The position numbers and the translations under genes are program-made. A stretch of DNA of 64,000 nt from Eledone cirrhosa. Taxonomy: Eukaryota. Of the stretch, positions 1-12,000 are shown in pieces. The stretch's first letter is position 1; every line of letters begins with the position of its first letter. The stretch is taken from contig OZ024744.1 in NCBI GenBank assembly GCA_964016885.1, forward strand, positions 30,876,001 through 30,940,000, read 5' to 3'. The notes under the pieces were generated by a model, which saw nothing but the letters and a program-made list of their open reading frames with translations, was not told where the DNA came from and searched no databases.

Positions 1-297
1 GGACCTTGGTAGAGCAGACGAACCCCTAAACCGGCTTGTAAGTTAACCGCTCTATTACTTTTGACAGAAGAAAATTCACCACAGCTTCCATTGTGTGTGA
101 TGGTGGAAGTGGCATATTTCATGTAACACATAACTTTATCTCCTGGTTATTGGATATTTTAGTAGACATTTACATCACTCATTCGACATGAAGACGACAA
201 AATGTATTGAATAGATCGTCATTCCTGCCCCTATCTTTCTCTAGTTAATGCCTAGGATCATCCAGAGCAGGGATCATCAAATTTTGGGGTGTGTGGT

Positions 298-354
298 CAC
301 ATTGCTATGCAGTGTCTCGTCGGTGGACCACATTCCTTTGCAGTGTCTCGTCGG
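298..354. repeat. Short imperfect direct repeat, two copies with 31-bp period (CACATTgCTaTGCAGTGTCTCGTCGG / CACATTcCTtTGCAGTGTCTCGTCGG)
   Basis: Copies start at 298 and 329 and differ at 2 of 26 positions; read directly from the sequence. Confidence 0.85.
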
Positions 355-493
355 CGGGCTATGATATCAAATAAGTAATGAGAACATATGTAAAGACTAA
401 TACAGTAATATGATAAAATACTATGATATTTTTACGTAATGTATTGAGAACCGAATCTAGATGTGGGCTTTCTGATCATCTACGGAAAATACC

Positions 494-785
494 TACACAA
501 ACACACACAGACAGAAAGGGAGACATAGACCCACACAGACAGGTAGACACGGGCAGACACACACTCCTACAGACAGACACAGACAGACACACAAACACAC
601 ACACACAGACACACAGACACACACACAGACACATAGACATAGGCACTTACACAGACATACACAAACATACACACACGCACATAGACACACACAGACAGAC
701 AGACACACACACACATAGACAGACACACACACACATACAGGGACACAGACACATACCCACCCCCCATATATATATATATATATAT
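494..785. repeat. Compound microsatellite: degenerate (CA)n/(CAGA)n followed by (TA)n
   Basis: ACAC/ACAG low-complexity run from ~494 to ~755, a C run, then perfect (TA)n at ~766-785. It explains the HT/CV-rich ORFs at 423-800, 493-732 and 567-767. Confidence 0.95.
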
Positions 786-997
786 GATTTAATTAATTAA
801 TTCATATGCTCTGCGGTGTGTTACGTGAGTCAACCTCTGGAACCAGTGAATCATAAACTCCAGCATATTCCCGATTACGATTGTTTAAACTTTCTTCTTT
901 TTCTCACCAAATACTCTGCTATAACAACACATGGTAATTATTAACCAGTTGATATCACAGGAAACGCAGTTTTATTAGTGGATTGGCACTATCGGTA

Positions 998-1155
998 GGT
1001 GGAGAAATGGCAGAGTCGTTAGAAAGTCAGATAGAATGCTTTATGGAATTCGTTCCGACTCTCTACTCTCTGAGTTCAAATCCCACCGAGGTCAACTTCG
1101 CCTTTTATTCTTTCGATGTCAATAAAACTACCAGTAACGCATTGGGTAGATTTTC
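998..1155 (+). mobile_element. tRNA-derived SINE, decayed near-full-length copy (octopus-type)
   Basis: Pol III A-box-like TGGCAGAGTCG at 1008-1018 and B-box-like GTTCAAATCC at 1074-1083. These are followed by ...CCGAGGTCAACTTCGCCTTTTATTCTTTCGATGTCAATAAAACTACCAGTAACGCATTGGG, which aligns with the second copy at ~1290-1457 and matches my recollection of the octopus SINE body (GCCTTTCATCCTTTCGGGGTCGATAAAATAAGTACCAG). The family name needs a Dfam/Repbase check. Confidence 0.8.
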
Positions 1156-1289
1156 CCTCTCTCTGGAAGAAATCTGCTGTACTCAGGCCTAGAGAGGGAT
1201 GGGCTCCGTCAGTTGTAAAATACTCAGGAAACGCCGTATATCAATACGCCCCCGCCCTACGACTCTATCAAGAGTTATGGGGGACCATA

Positions 1290-1457
1290 TAGAATCTGTA
1301 GAGTGTCAGATAACATGCTCTGTGGCATATCATTAAGGCCCTTTACGTTCTGAGATCTAATCCCACCGAGGTTTGTTTAGCCTTTCATTGTTACGGATTT
1401 CGTTAAAATAAAGTACCAGTAAAACACTGGGGTCGATTTACTTGACTCTCTTCCCCC
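1290..1457 (+). mobile_element. tRNA-derived SINE, second decayed copy of the same family
   Basis: CTTTACGTTCTGAGATCTAATCCCACCGAGGTTTGTTTAGCCTTTCATTG...TAAAATAAAGTACCAGTAAAACACTGGGGTCGATTTA is colinear with the 998-1155 copy (shared TCTGAG.TC.AATCCCACCGAGGT and TACCAGTAA). Confidence 0.8.
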
Positions 1458-1829
1458 ATAAACTATTATATATTACTGGAAGGGTAACGACGACCTCTAA
1501 AATCCCAAACGGGGAGTACCATGAAAAAAAGTGCCCCAAAATGGTGAGAAATGAGGCAAAACAAGGAGATTTTACATAATGAAAGTAGAATTTATTTAAA
1601 AAAAAAAAAATTCGATCTTATCTGGCTCTGTGTGATCTAAATTCAAATGTTGCCCTCAAACCCTTTAAGTATATAAGTTGCGACCGGCAGATGGACAGAC
1701 AAATGGGAATATAATTCACTCGTTCCATCCATGGATTGGCTTCTTAATTTATTTTTTTAATAAACGGTATATATTCATCTTTTTATATTCTTCTTCATAT
1801 TTCCTCATATATTTTTTATTCATTCAATG

Positions 1830-2745
1830 GTATCAGATAGGAGATACTGACCATGTTGTACAGGGTTTATCTGGACTTTTTCGGAGGATTTTTTCTTGGA
1901 AACCTTTGAATATTATGGGATCTGTTACTGTCTTGATATGTTTCAATATGATATTAAAGAGAGTGGTGCCAGTTGATGTGATGTAGTGGTGTCGTATGGT
2001 TGCAATGAGATGCGAGAGCGATGTTTGTACTGGCCGGATAGCACAAGGATCAAGCATTGAGTTGCTTTTAAAGGAGATTTCATCATCAATTTGGGCAATA
2101 TTGGTGGAATATTTTTCACATCGTACACGGCATCAAGGTCGGTTATGCCGTCTATCTTTCATAATACTTTGTTACGTGTGAGGCCGGGCATGTTCTGCCA
2201 CCACGGAAGCCATGTTGGTTGGAGTCAGTAAGATTATTGCTTACGATGAAGTGGTTATTCGTAATCTCACCACTCTCTCAAATACCTTGATCATACGAGA
2301 GGTGAGTGAGATCGGACGGTAATTCACGGCAAAGGACATGTTTCCCTTTTTGAAAACTGGGACAACGTACTGGGACAGAAAGTTTTCAGGTATAATATCC
2401 AGCATTCAATGAGTTCCTCCAAAGAGGAACATGTAAGTTGGTGTCGATACATCTTTAGGACACTAGCAGGGAACCTATCGGGGCCTACTGCTGTATTCTG
2501 TTTAATTTCGTTTATTGCCTCTAAGACATCAGGGGCGCCAAACGTTATGTCCGATATAGTGTGTTGGGGATTAACATCACTGATACGGCCCAGATCGGCC
2601 ATATCAGGATTGCTGAATCAGAATAGTATTGTTTCTGCAGTATCTCACCCATGGTTTTGGCATTATCTTGGAGAGTGCCATTTTCATCAATTAGAGGGCC
2701 AACAGTGGAGACAGTGACCTTGTGTTTTTTCGCAAATGAAAAGAA
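1830..2745 (-). mobile_element. Decayed non-LTR retrotransposon (CR1/L2-group LINE) ORF2 fragment with frameshifts and a large internal deletion
   Basis: Minus-strand translation across frameshifts gives FFSFAKKHKVTVSTVGPLIDENGTLQDNAKTMGEILQKQY (2745-~2625) and ISDITFGAPDVLEAINEIKQNTAVGPDRFPASVLK. It continues VVPVFKKGNMSFAVNYRPISLTSRMIKVFERVV and NQHGFRGGRTC (RT subdomains 0-2, to ~2185). It then jumps to a C-terminal-like segment M*KIFHQYCPN...GTTLFNIILKHIKTVTDPIIFK...PDKP (~2125-1835). GPD, PVFKKG, NYRPISLTS and QHGFR are canonical non-LTR RT motifs. Confidence 0.9.
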
Positions 2746-2846
2746 TTACGGAGTCGATAAAATAAAGTATTAGTAATGCATTGGGGTCAGATTCATCGAC
2801 ATCCTCCTCCCCTAATACTGTTGGCCTTGTACCTAAATCAGAAACC
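2746..2846 (+). mobile_element. 3' fragment of the same tRNA-derived SINE family, abutting the LINE fragment
   Basis: GGAGTCGATAAAATAAAGTATTAGTAATGCATTGGGGTCAGATTCATCGAC aligns with the 3' halves of the 998-1155 and 1290-1457 copies. It continues into TGGCCTTGTACCTAAATCAGAAACC, which resembles the recalled SINE tail. Confidence 0.7.
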
Positions 2847-3006
2847 TTATTTCTTTTTCTCTCTCATTTCTTTTCCGCAAATCCTCCAGGAATCAACTTC
2901 CCTCCCGGGACCTATTTCAATTATGTTTATATCTTTATTTTTATTTATTTTTATCCTTACTTTTTGTAAAATAACAATTTTATTCTATTGATACAAGGGG
3001 TATAAA

Positions 3007-3042
3007 CACACATTCCCACACACATTCCCACACACATGCCAC
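3007..3042. repeat. 12-bp minisatellite, about 3 copies of CACACATTCCCA
   Basis: Units at 3007 and 3019, plus a degenerate third at 3031. Confidence 0.85.
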
Positions 3043-6000
3043 AAGACAAAATATTAATTCTATAGCCACACCTAAACTGACCTTTCAACACATTTGAACC
3101 CCATTTCAACCCCTCTCCTCCACTCCCACACATTGAAAATGCCAGCTGGCTATTAGTATGAATTGTAAGAACACTTCCTATTTCAATCTTTAAACAAGTT
3201 AATTCAATTAAATTCCAGCCTGTTGAACCCCACCTCCAACTTTCACCACCACACCTTCATAAAGAACATATGTAGAAGAAATTTTGACAAAAACTCACTG
3301 CTTACAGAATTCAAGAAAACCTTTTTTATTGGATATCTAATATCGAATAATTGATATGATTGTTACACCGATCGAAACCGGTTATGTTTAATGCAATAAT
3401 TATAAAATTATTCATTCTATCGAATTAAGAAAGAAAAAATAATCTTTAAATATACTTTTGTGCAGTTTTACTTTTACCTTTTTTTAAACATATTTGAAGG
3501 GTAAATATTAACAAATATAAGTATATTAGGAGTAGTAAATAAATATATACATATACATCACGTCCGAAAACTATGAAACCAACCTCCCACTGTCACTGTC
3601 TCCATCTATGCCACTCTCTCCCTATCTCACGTACACCAGGTCCAAACACAGAGGAACCAACCTCCCACTGTCACTGCCTCCGTCTCTCTCACACTCTCCC
3701 TATTTCTCATATACACCAGGTCCAAACACAGAGGAACCAACCTCCCACTGTCACTGCCTCTGTCTCTCTCACTCTCTCCCTATCTCTCATGTACACCAGG
3801 TCCAAACACAGAGGAACCAACCTCCCACTGTCACTGCCTCCGTCTCTCTCACACTCTCCCTCTCTCTCATATACACCAGGTCCAAACACAGAGGAACCAA
3901 CCTCCCACTGTCACTGCCACCATCTCTCCCACTCTCTCCCTATCTCTCATATACACCAAGTCTAAACACAGAGGAACCAACCTCCCACTGTCACTGCCTC
4001 CGTCTCTCCCACTCTTTCCCTATCTCTCATATACACCAGGTCGAAACACAGAGGAACCAACCTCCCACTGTCACTGCCTCCATCTCACTCACTCTCTCCC
4101 TATCTCTCATATAAACCAGGTCCAAACACAGAGGAACCAACCTCCCAATGTCACTGCCTCCGTCTCTCTCTCACACTCCCTATCTCTCATATACACCAGG
4201 TCCAAACACAGAGGAACCAACCTCCCACTGTCACTGCCTCCATCTCTCTCCCACTCTCCCAATCTCTCATATACACCAGGTCGAAACACAGAGGAACCAA
4301 CCTCCCACTGTCACTGCCTCCGTCTCTCTCACTCTCTCCCTATCTCTCATATACACCAGGACCAAACACAGAGGAATCAACCTCCCACTGTCACTGCCTC
4401 CGTCTCTCCCACTCTCTCCCTATCCTCATATACACCAGGTCCAAACACAGAGGAACCAACCTCCCACTGTCACTGCCTCCCTCTCTCTCACTCTCCCTAT
4501 CTCTCATATATACCAGGTCCAAACACAGAGGAACCAACCTCCCACTGTCACTGCCTCCGTCTCTCCCACTCTCTCCCTATCTCTCATATACACCAGGTCC
4601 AAACACAGAGGAATCAACCTCCCACTGTCACTGCCTCCGTCTCTCCCACTCTCTCCCTATCCTCATATACACCAGGACCAAACACAGAGGAACCAACCTC
4701 CCACTGTCACTGCCTCCCTCTCTCTCACTCTCCCTATCTCTCATATACACCAGGTCCAAACACAGAGGAACCAACCTCCCACTGTCACTGCCTCCGTCTC
4801 TCCCACTCTCTCCCTATCTCTCATATACACCAGGTCCAAACACAGAGGAACCAACCTCCCACTGTCACTGCCTCCATCTCTCTCACTCTCTCCCTATCTC
4901 TCATATACACCAGGTCGAAACACAGAGGAACCAACCTCCCACTGTCACTGCCTCCGTCTCTCTCACTCTCTCCCTATCTCTCATATACACCAGGTCCAAA
5001 CACAGAGGAATCAACCTCCCACTGTCACTGCCTCCGTCTCTCCCACTCTCTCCCTATCCTCATATACACCAGGTCCAAACACAGAGGAACCAACCTCCCA
5101 CTGTCACTGCCTCCCTCTCTCTCACTCTCCCTATCTCTCATATACACCAGGTCCAAACACAGAGGAACCAACCTCCCACTATCACTGCCTCCGTCTCGCC
5201 CACTCTCTCCCTATCCTCATATACACCAGGTCCAAACACAGGAACCAACCTCCCACTGTCACTGCCTCCCTCTCTCTCACTCTCCCTATCTCTCATATAC
5301 ACCAGGTCCAAACACAGAGGAACCAACCTCCCACTGTCACTGCCTCCGTCTCTCCCACTCTCTCCCTATCTCTCATATACACGAGGTCCAAACACAGAGG
5401 AACCAACCTCCCACTGTCACTGGCTCCGTCTCTCCCACTCTCTCCCTATCTCTCATATACACCAGGTCCAAACACAGAGGAACCAACCTCCCACTGTCAC
5501 TGCCTCCGTCTCTCCCACTCTCTCCCTATCTCTCATATACACCAGGTCCAAACAGAGAGGAACCAACCTCCCACTGTCACTGCCTCCGTCTCTCCCACTC
5601 TCTCCCTATCTCTCATATACACCATGTCCAAACACAGAGGAACCAACATCCCTCTGTCACTGCCTACGTCTCTCCCACTCTCTCCCTATATCTCATATAC
5701 ACCATGTCCAAACACAGAGGAACCAACCTCCCAATGTCACTGCCTCCGTCTCTCTCCCACTCTCCCTATCTCTCATATACACCAGGTCCAAACACAGAGG
5801 AACCAACATCCCTCTGTCACTGACCCCGTCTCTCCCACTCTCCCTATCTCTCATATACACCAGGTCGAAACACAGAGGAACCAACCTCCCACTGTCACTG
5901 AATCCGTCTCTCCCACTCTCTCACAATCTCTCATATACACCAGGTCGAAACACAGAGGAACCAACCTCCCACTGTCACTGCCTCCATCTCTCTCACTCTC

Positions 6001-9000
6001 TCCCTATCTCTCATATAAACCAGGTCCAAACACAGAGGAACCAACATCCCACTGTCACTGCCTCTGTCTCTCTCACTCTCTCCCTATCTCTCATATACAC
6101 CAGGCCCAAACACAGAGGAACCAACCTCCCACTGTCTCTGCCTCCGTCTCTCCCACTCTCTCACAATCTCTCATATACAACAGGTCTAAACACAGAGGAA
6201 CCAACCTCCCACTGTCACTGCCTCCGTCTCTCTCACTCTCTCCCTATCTCTCATATACACCAGGTCCCAACACAGAGGAACCAACCTCCAACTGTCACTG
6301 CCTCCGTCTCTCCCACTCTCTCCCTATCTCTCATATACACCAGGTCCAAACACAGAGGAACCAACCTCCCACTGTCACTGACCACATCTCTCCCACTCTC
6401 TCCCTATCTTCCATATACACCAGGTCCAAACACAGAGGAATCAACCTCCCACTGTCACTGCCTCCGTCTCTCCCACTCTCTCCCTATCCTCATATACACC
6501 AGGTCCAAACACAGAGGAACCAACCTCCCACTGTCACTGCTTCCATCTCTCCCACTCTCCCTATCTCTCATATACACCAGGTCCAAACACAGAGGAACCA
6601 ACCTCCCACTGTCACTGCCTACGTCTCTCTCACTCTCTCCCTATCTCTCATATACACCAGGTCCAAACACAGAGGAACCAACCTCCCACTGTCACTGTCT
6701 CCATCTCTCTCTCACTCTCTCCCTATCTCTCATATACACCAGGTCCAAACACAGAGGAACCAACCTCCCACTGTCACTGCCTCCGTCTCTCCCACTCTCT
6801 CCCTATCTCTCATATACACCAGGTCTAAACACAGAGGATCCAACCTCCCACTGTCACAGCCTACGTCTCTCTCACTCTCTCCCTATCTCTCTTATACACC
6901 AGGTCGTAACACAGAGGAACCAACCTCCCACTGTCACTGCCTCCATCTCTCCCACTCTCTCCCTATCTCTCATATACACCAGCTCCAAACACAGAGGAAC
7001 CAACCTCCCACTGTCACTGCCTACGTCTCTCCCACTCTCTCCCTATCTCTCATATACACCAGGTCCTAACAGAGGAACCAACCTCCCACTGTCACTGCCT
7101 CCATCTCTCCCACTCTCCCTATCTCTCATATACACCAGGTCTAAACACAGAGGAACCAACCTCCCACTGTCACTGCCTCCATCTCTCCCACTCTCTCCCT
7201 ATCTCTCATATACACCAGGTCCAAACACAGAGGAACCAACCTCCCACTGTCACTGCTTCCATCTCTCCCACTCTCCCTATCTCTCATATACACCAGGTCC
7301 AAACACAGAGGAACCAACCTCCCACTGTCACTGACTCCGTCTCTCCCACTCTCCCTATCTCTCATATACACCAGGTCGAAACACAGAGGAACCAACTTCC
7401 CACTGTCACTGCCTCCGTCTCTCTCACTCTCCCTATCTCTCATATACACCAGGTCCAAACACAGAGGAACCAACCTCCCACTGTCACTGCCTCCGTCTCT
7501 CTCACTCTCCCTATCTCTCATATACACCAGGTCCAAACACAGAGGAACCAACCTCCCACTGTCACTGCCTCCGTCTCTCCCACTCTCTCCCTCTCTCTCA
7601 TACACACCAGGTCCAAACACAGAGGAACCAACCTCCCACTGCCACTGCCTCCGTCTTTCCCACTCTCTCCCTCTCTCTCATATACACCAGGTCCAAACAC
7701 AGAGGAACCAACCTCCCACTGTCACTGACTCCATCTCTCCCACACTCTCCCTATCTCTCATATACACCAGGTCCAAACACAGAGGAACCCACCTCCCACT
7801 GTCACTGCCACCATCTCTCCCACTCTCTCCCTATCTCTCATATACACCAGGTTCAAACACAGAGGAACCAACCTCCCACTGTCACTGCCTCCGTCTCTCC
7901 CACTCACCCTATCTCTCATATACACCAGGTCCAAACAGAGGAATCAACCTCCCACTGTCACTGCCTCCATCTCACTCACTCTCTCCCTATCTCTCATATT
8001 AACCAGGTCCAAACACAGAGGAACCAACCTCCCACTGTCACTGCCTCCCTCTCTCTCACTCTCCCTATCTCTCATATACACCAGGTCCAAACACAGAGGA
8101 ACCAACCTCCCACTGTCACTGCCTCCGTCTCTCCCACTCTCTCCCTATCTCTCATATACACCAGGTCCAAACACAGAGGAACCAACCTCCCACTGTCACT
8201 GCCTACGTCTCTCCCACTCTCTCCCTATCTCTCATATACACCAGGTCTAAACACAGAGGAACCAACATCCCTCTGTCACTGCCTACGTCTCTCCCACTCT
8301 CTCCCTATATCTCATATACACCATGTCCAAACACAGAGGAACCAACCTCCCAATGTCACTGCCTCCGTCTCTCTCCCACTCTCCCTATCTCTCATATACA
8401 CCAGGTCCAAACACAGAGGAACCAACATCCCTCTGTCACTGACCCCGTCTCTCCCACTCTCCCTATCTCTCATATACACCAGGTCGAAACACAGAGGAAC
8501 CAACCTCCCACTGTCACTGCCTCCGTCTCTCCCACTCTCTCACAATCTCTCATATACACCAGGTCGAAACACAGAGGAACCAACCTCCCACTGTCACTGC
8601 CTCCATCTCTCTCACTCTCTCCCTATCTCTCATATAAACCAGGTCCAAACACAGAGGAACCAACGTCCCACTGTCACTGCCTCTGTCTCTCTCACTCTCT
8701 CCCTATCTCTCATATACACCAGGCCCAAACACAGAGGAACCAACCTCCCACTGTCACTGCCTCCGTCTCTCCCACTCTCTCACAATCTCTCATATACAAC
8801 AGGTCTAAACACAGAGGAACCAACCTCTCACTGTCACTGCCTCCGTCTCTCTCACTCTCTCCCTATCTCTCATATACAACAGGTCCTAACACAGAGGAAC
8901 CAACCTCCAACTGTCACTGCCTCCGTCTCTCCCACTCTCTCCCTATCTCTCATATACACCAGGTCCAAACACAGAGGAACCAACCTCCCACTGTCACTGA

Positions 9001-12000
9001 CCACATCTCTCCCACTCTCTCCCTATCTCTCATATACACCAGGTCCAAACACAGAGGAATCAACCTCCCACTGTCACTGCCTCCGTCTCTCCCACTCTCT
9101 CCCTATCCTCATATACACCAGGTCCGAACACAGAGGAACCAACCTCCCACTGTCACTGCTTCCATCTCTCCCACTCTCCCTATCTCTCATATAAACCAGG
9201 TCCAAACACAGAGGAACCAACCTCCCACTGTCACTGACTCCGTCTCTCCCACTCTCCCTATCTCTCATATACACCAGGTCTAAACACAGAGGAACCAAAC
9301 TCCCACTGTCACTGCCTCCGTCTCTCCCACTCTCTCCCTATCTCTCATATACACCAGGTCTAAACACAGAGGAACCAACCTCCCACTGTCACTGCCTACG
9401 TCTCTCTCACTCTCTCCCTATCTCTCATATAAACCAGGTCCGAACACAGAGGAACCAACCTCCCACTGTCACTGTCTCCATCTCTCTCTCACTCTCTCCC
9501 TATCTCTCATATACACCAGGTCCAAACACAGAGGAACCAACCTCCCACTGTCACTGCCTCCGTCTCTCCCACTCTCTCCCTATCTCTCATATACACCAGG
9601 TCTAAACACAGAGGATCCAACCTCCCACTGTCACTGCCTACGTCTCTCTCACTCTCTCCCTATCTCTCATATACACCAGGTCCTAACACAGAGGAACCAA
9701 CCTCCCACTGTCACTGCCTCCATCTCTCCCACTCTCTCCCTATCTCTCATATAAACCAGGTCCAAAAACAGAGGAACCAACCTCCCACTGTCACTGCCTC
9801 TGTCTCTCTCACTCTCTCCCTATCTCTCATATACACCAGGTCCAAACACAGAGGAACCAACCTCCCACTGTCACTGCCTACGTCTCTCCCACTCTCTCCC
9901 TATCTCTCATATACACCAGGTCCTAACAGAGGAACCAACCTCCAACTGTCACTGCCTCCATCTCTCCCACTCTCCCTATCTCTCATATACACCAGGTCTA
10001 AACACAGAGGAACCAACCTCCCACTGTCACTGCCTCCATCTCTCCCACTCTCTCCCTATCTCTCATATACACCAGGTCCAAACACAGAGGAACCAACCTC
10101 CCACTGTCACTGCCACCGTCTCTCCCGCTCTCTCCCTATCTCTTATATACACCAGGTCTAAACACAGAGGAACCAACCTCCCACTGTCACTGACCACATC
10201 TCTCCCACTCTCTCCCTATCTCTCATATACACCAGGTCCAAACACAGAGGAACCAACCTCCCACTGTCACTGCCTCCGTCTCTCCCACTCTCTCCCTATC
10301 TCTCATATACACCAGGTCCAAACACAGAGGAACCAACCTCCCATTGTCACTGCCTCCGTCTCTCTCCCACTCTCCCTATCTCTCATATACACCAGGTCCA
10401 AACACAGAGGAACCAACCTCCCACTGTCACTGCCTCCGTCTCTCTCACTCTCTCCCTATCTCTCATATACACCAGGTCCTAACACAGAGGAACCAACCTC
10501 CAACTGTCACTGCCTCCGTCTCTCCCACTCTCTCCCTATCTCTCATATACACCAGGTCCAAACACAGAGGAACCAACCTCCCACTGTCACTGACCACATC
10601 TCTCCCACTCTCTCCCTATCTCTCATATACACCAGGTCCAAACACAGAGGAATCAACCTCACACTGTCACTGCCTCCGTCTCTCCCACTCTCTCCCTATC
10701 CTCATATACACCAGGTCCAAACACAGAGGTACCAACCTCCCACTGTCACTGCTTCCATCTCTCCCACTCTCCCTATCTCTCATATACACCAGGTCCAAAC
10801 ACAGAGGAACCAACCTCCTACTGTCACTGACTCCGTCTCTCCCACTCTCCCTATCTCTCATATACACCAGGTCTAAACACAGAGGAACCAAACTCCCACT
10901 GTCACTGCCTCCGTCTCTCCCACTCTCTCCCTATCTCTCATATACACCAGGTCTAAACACAGAGGAACCAACCTCCCACTGTCACTGCCTACGTCTCTCT
11001 CACTCTCTCCCTATCTCTCATATACACCAGGTCCAAACACAGAGGAACCAACCTCCCACTGTCACTGTCTCCATCTCTCTCTCACTCTCTCCCTATCTCT
11101 CATATACACCAGGTCCAAACACAGAGGAACCAACCTCCCACTGTCACTGCCTCCGTCTCTCCCACTCTCTCCCTATCTCTCATATACACCAGGTCTAAAC
11201 ACAGAGGAACCAACCTCCCACTGTCACTGCCTACGTCTCTCCCACTCTCTCCCTATCTCTCATATACACCAGGTCCAAACACAGAGGAACCAACCTCCCA
11301 CTGTCACTGCCTCCGTCTCTCCAGCTCTCTCCCTATCTCTTATATACACCAGGGCTAAACACAGAGGAACCAACCTCCCACTGTCACTGACCACATCTCT
11401 CCCACTCTCTCCCTATCTCTCATATACACCAGGTCCAAACACAGAGGAACCAACCTCCCATTGTCACTGCCTCCGTCTCTCCCACTCTCTCCCTATCACT
11501 CATATACACCAGGTCCAAACACAGAGGAACCAACCTCCCATTGTCACTGCCTCCGTCTCTCTCCCACTCTCCCTATCTCTCATATACACCAAGTCCAAAC
11601 ACAGAGGAACCAACCTCCCTCTGTCACTGCCTCCGTCTCTCTCACTCTCTCACTATCTCTCATATACACCAGGTCCAAACACAGAGGAATCAACCTCCCA
11701 CTGTCACACCCTCCGTCTCTCCCACTCTCTCCCTATCCTCATATACACCAGGTCCAAACACAGAGGAACCAACCTCCCACTGTCACTGCTTCCATCTCTC
11801 CCACTCTCCCTATCTCTCATATACACCAGGTCCTAACACAGAGGAACCAACCTCCCACTGTCACTGCCTCCGTCTCTCCAACTCTCTCCCTATCCTCATA
11901 TACACCAGGTCCAAACACAGAGGAACCAACCTCCCACTGTCACTGCCTCCATTTCTCCCATTCTCTCACTATCTCTCATATACACCAGGTCCAAAGACAG

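Noticed and set aside
423-800. His/Thr-rich and Cys/Val-rich ORFs
   Set aside because: They are translations of the CA/CAGA microsatellite.
998-1090. tRNA gene suggested by A-box and B-box motifs
   Set aside because: No cloverleaf is evident, and the sequence continues into a body shared with two other decayed copies, so it is a SINE head.
2706-2718. 13-bp inverted match (TGGAGACAGTGAC) between the LINE relic and the first satellite unit (GTCACTGTCTCCA, 3592-3604), hinting at a LINE origin for the monomer
   Set aside because: The match is short, does not extend convincingly on either side and involves a non-consensus monomer variant, so it is compatible with chance.
1678-2991. Short plus-strand ORFs (1678-1986, 1996-2181, 2409-2717, 2776-2991)
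   Set aside because: They are antisense to the LINE relic or overlap SINE and T-rich low-complexity sequence, and show no recognisable protein features.
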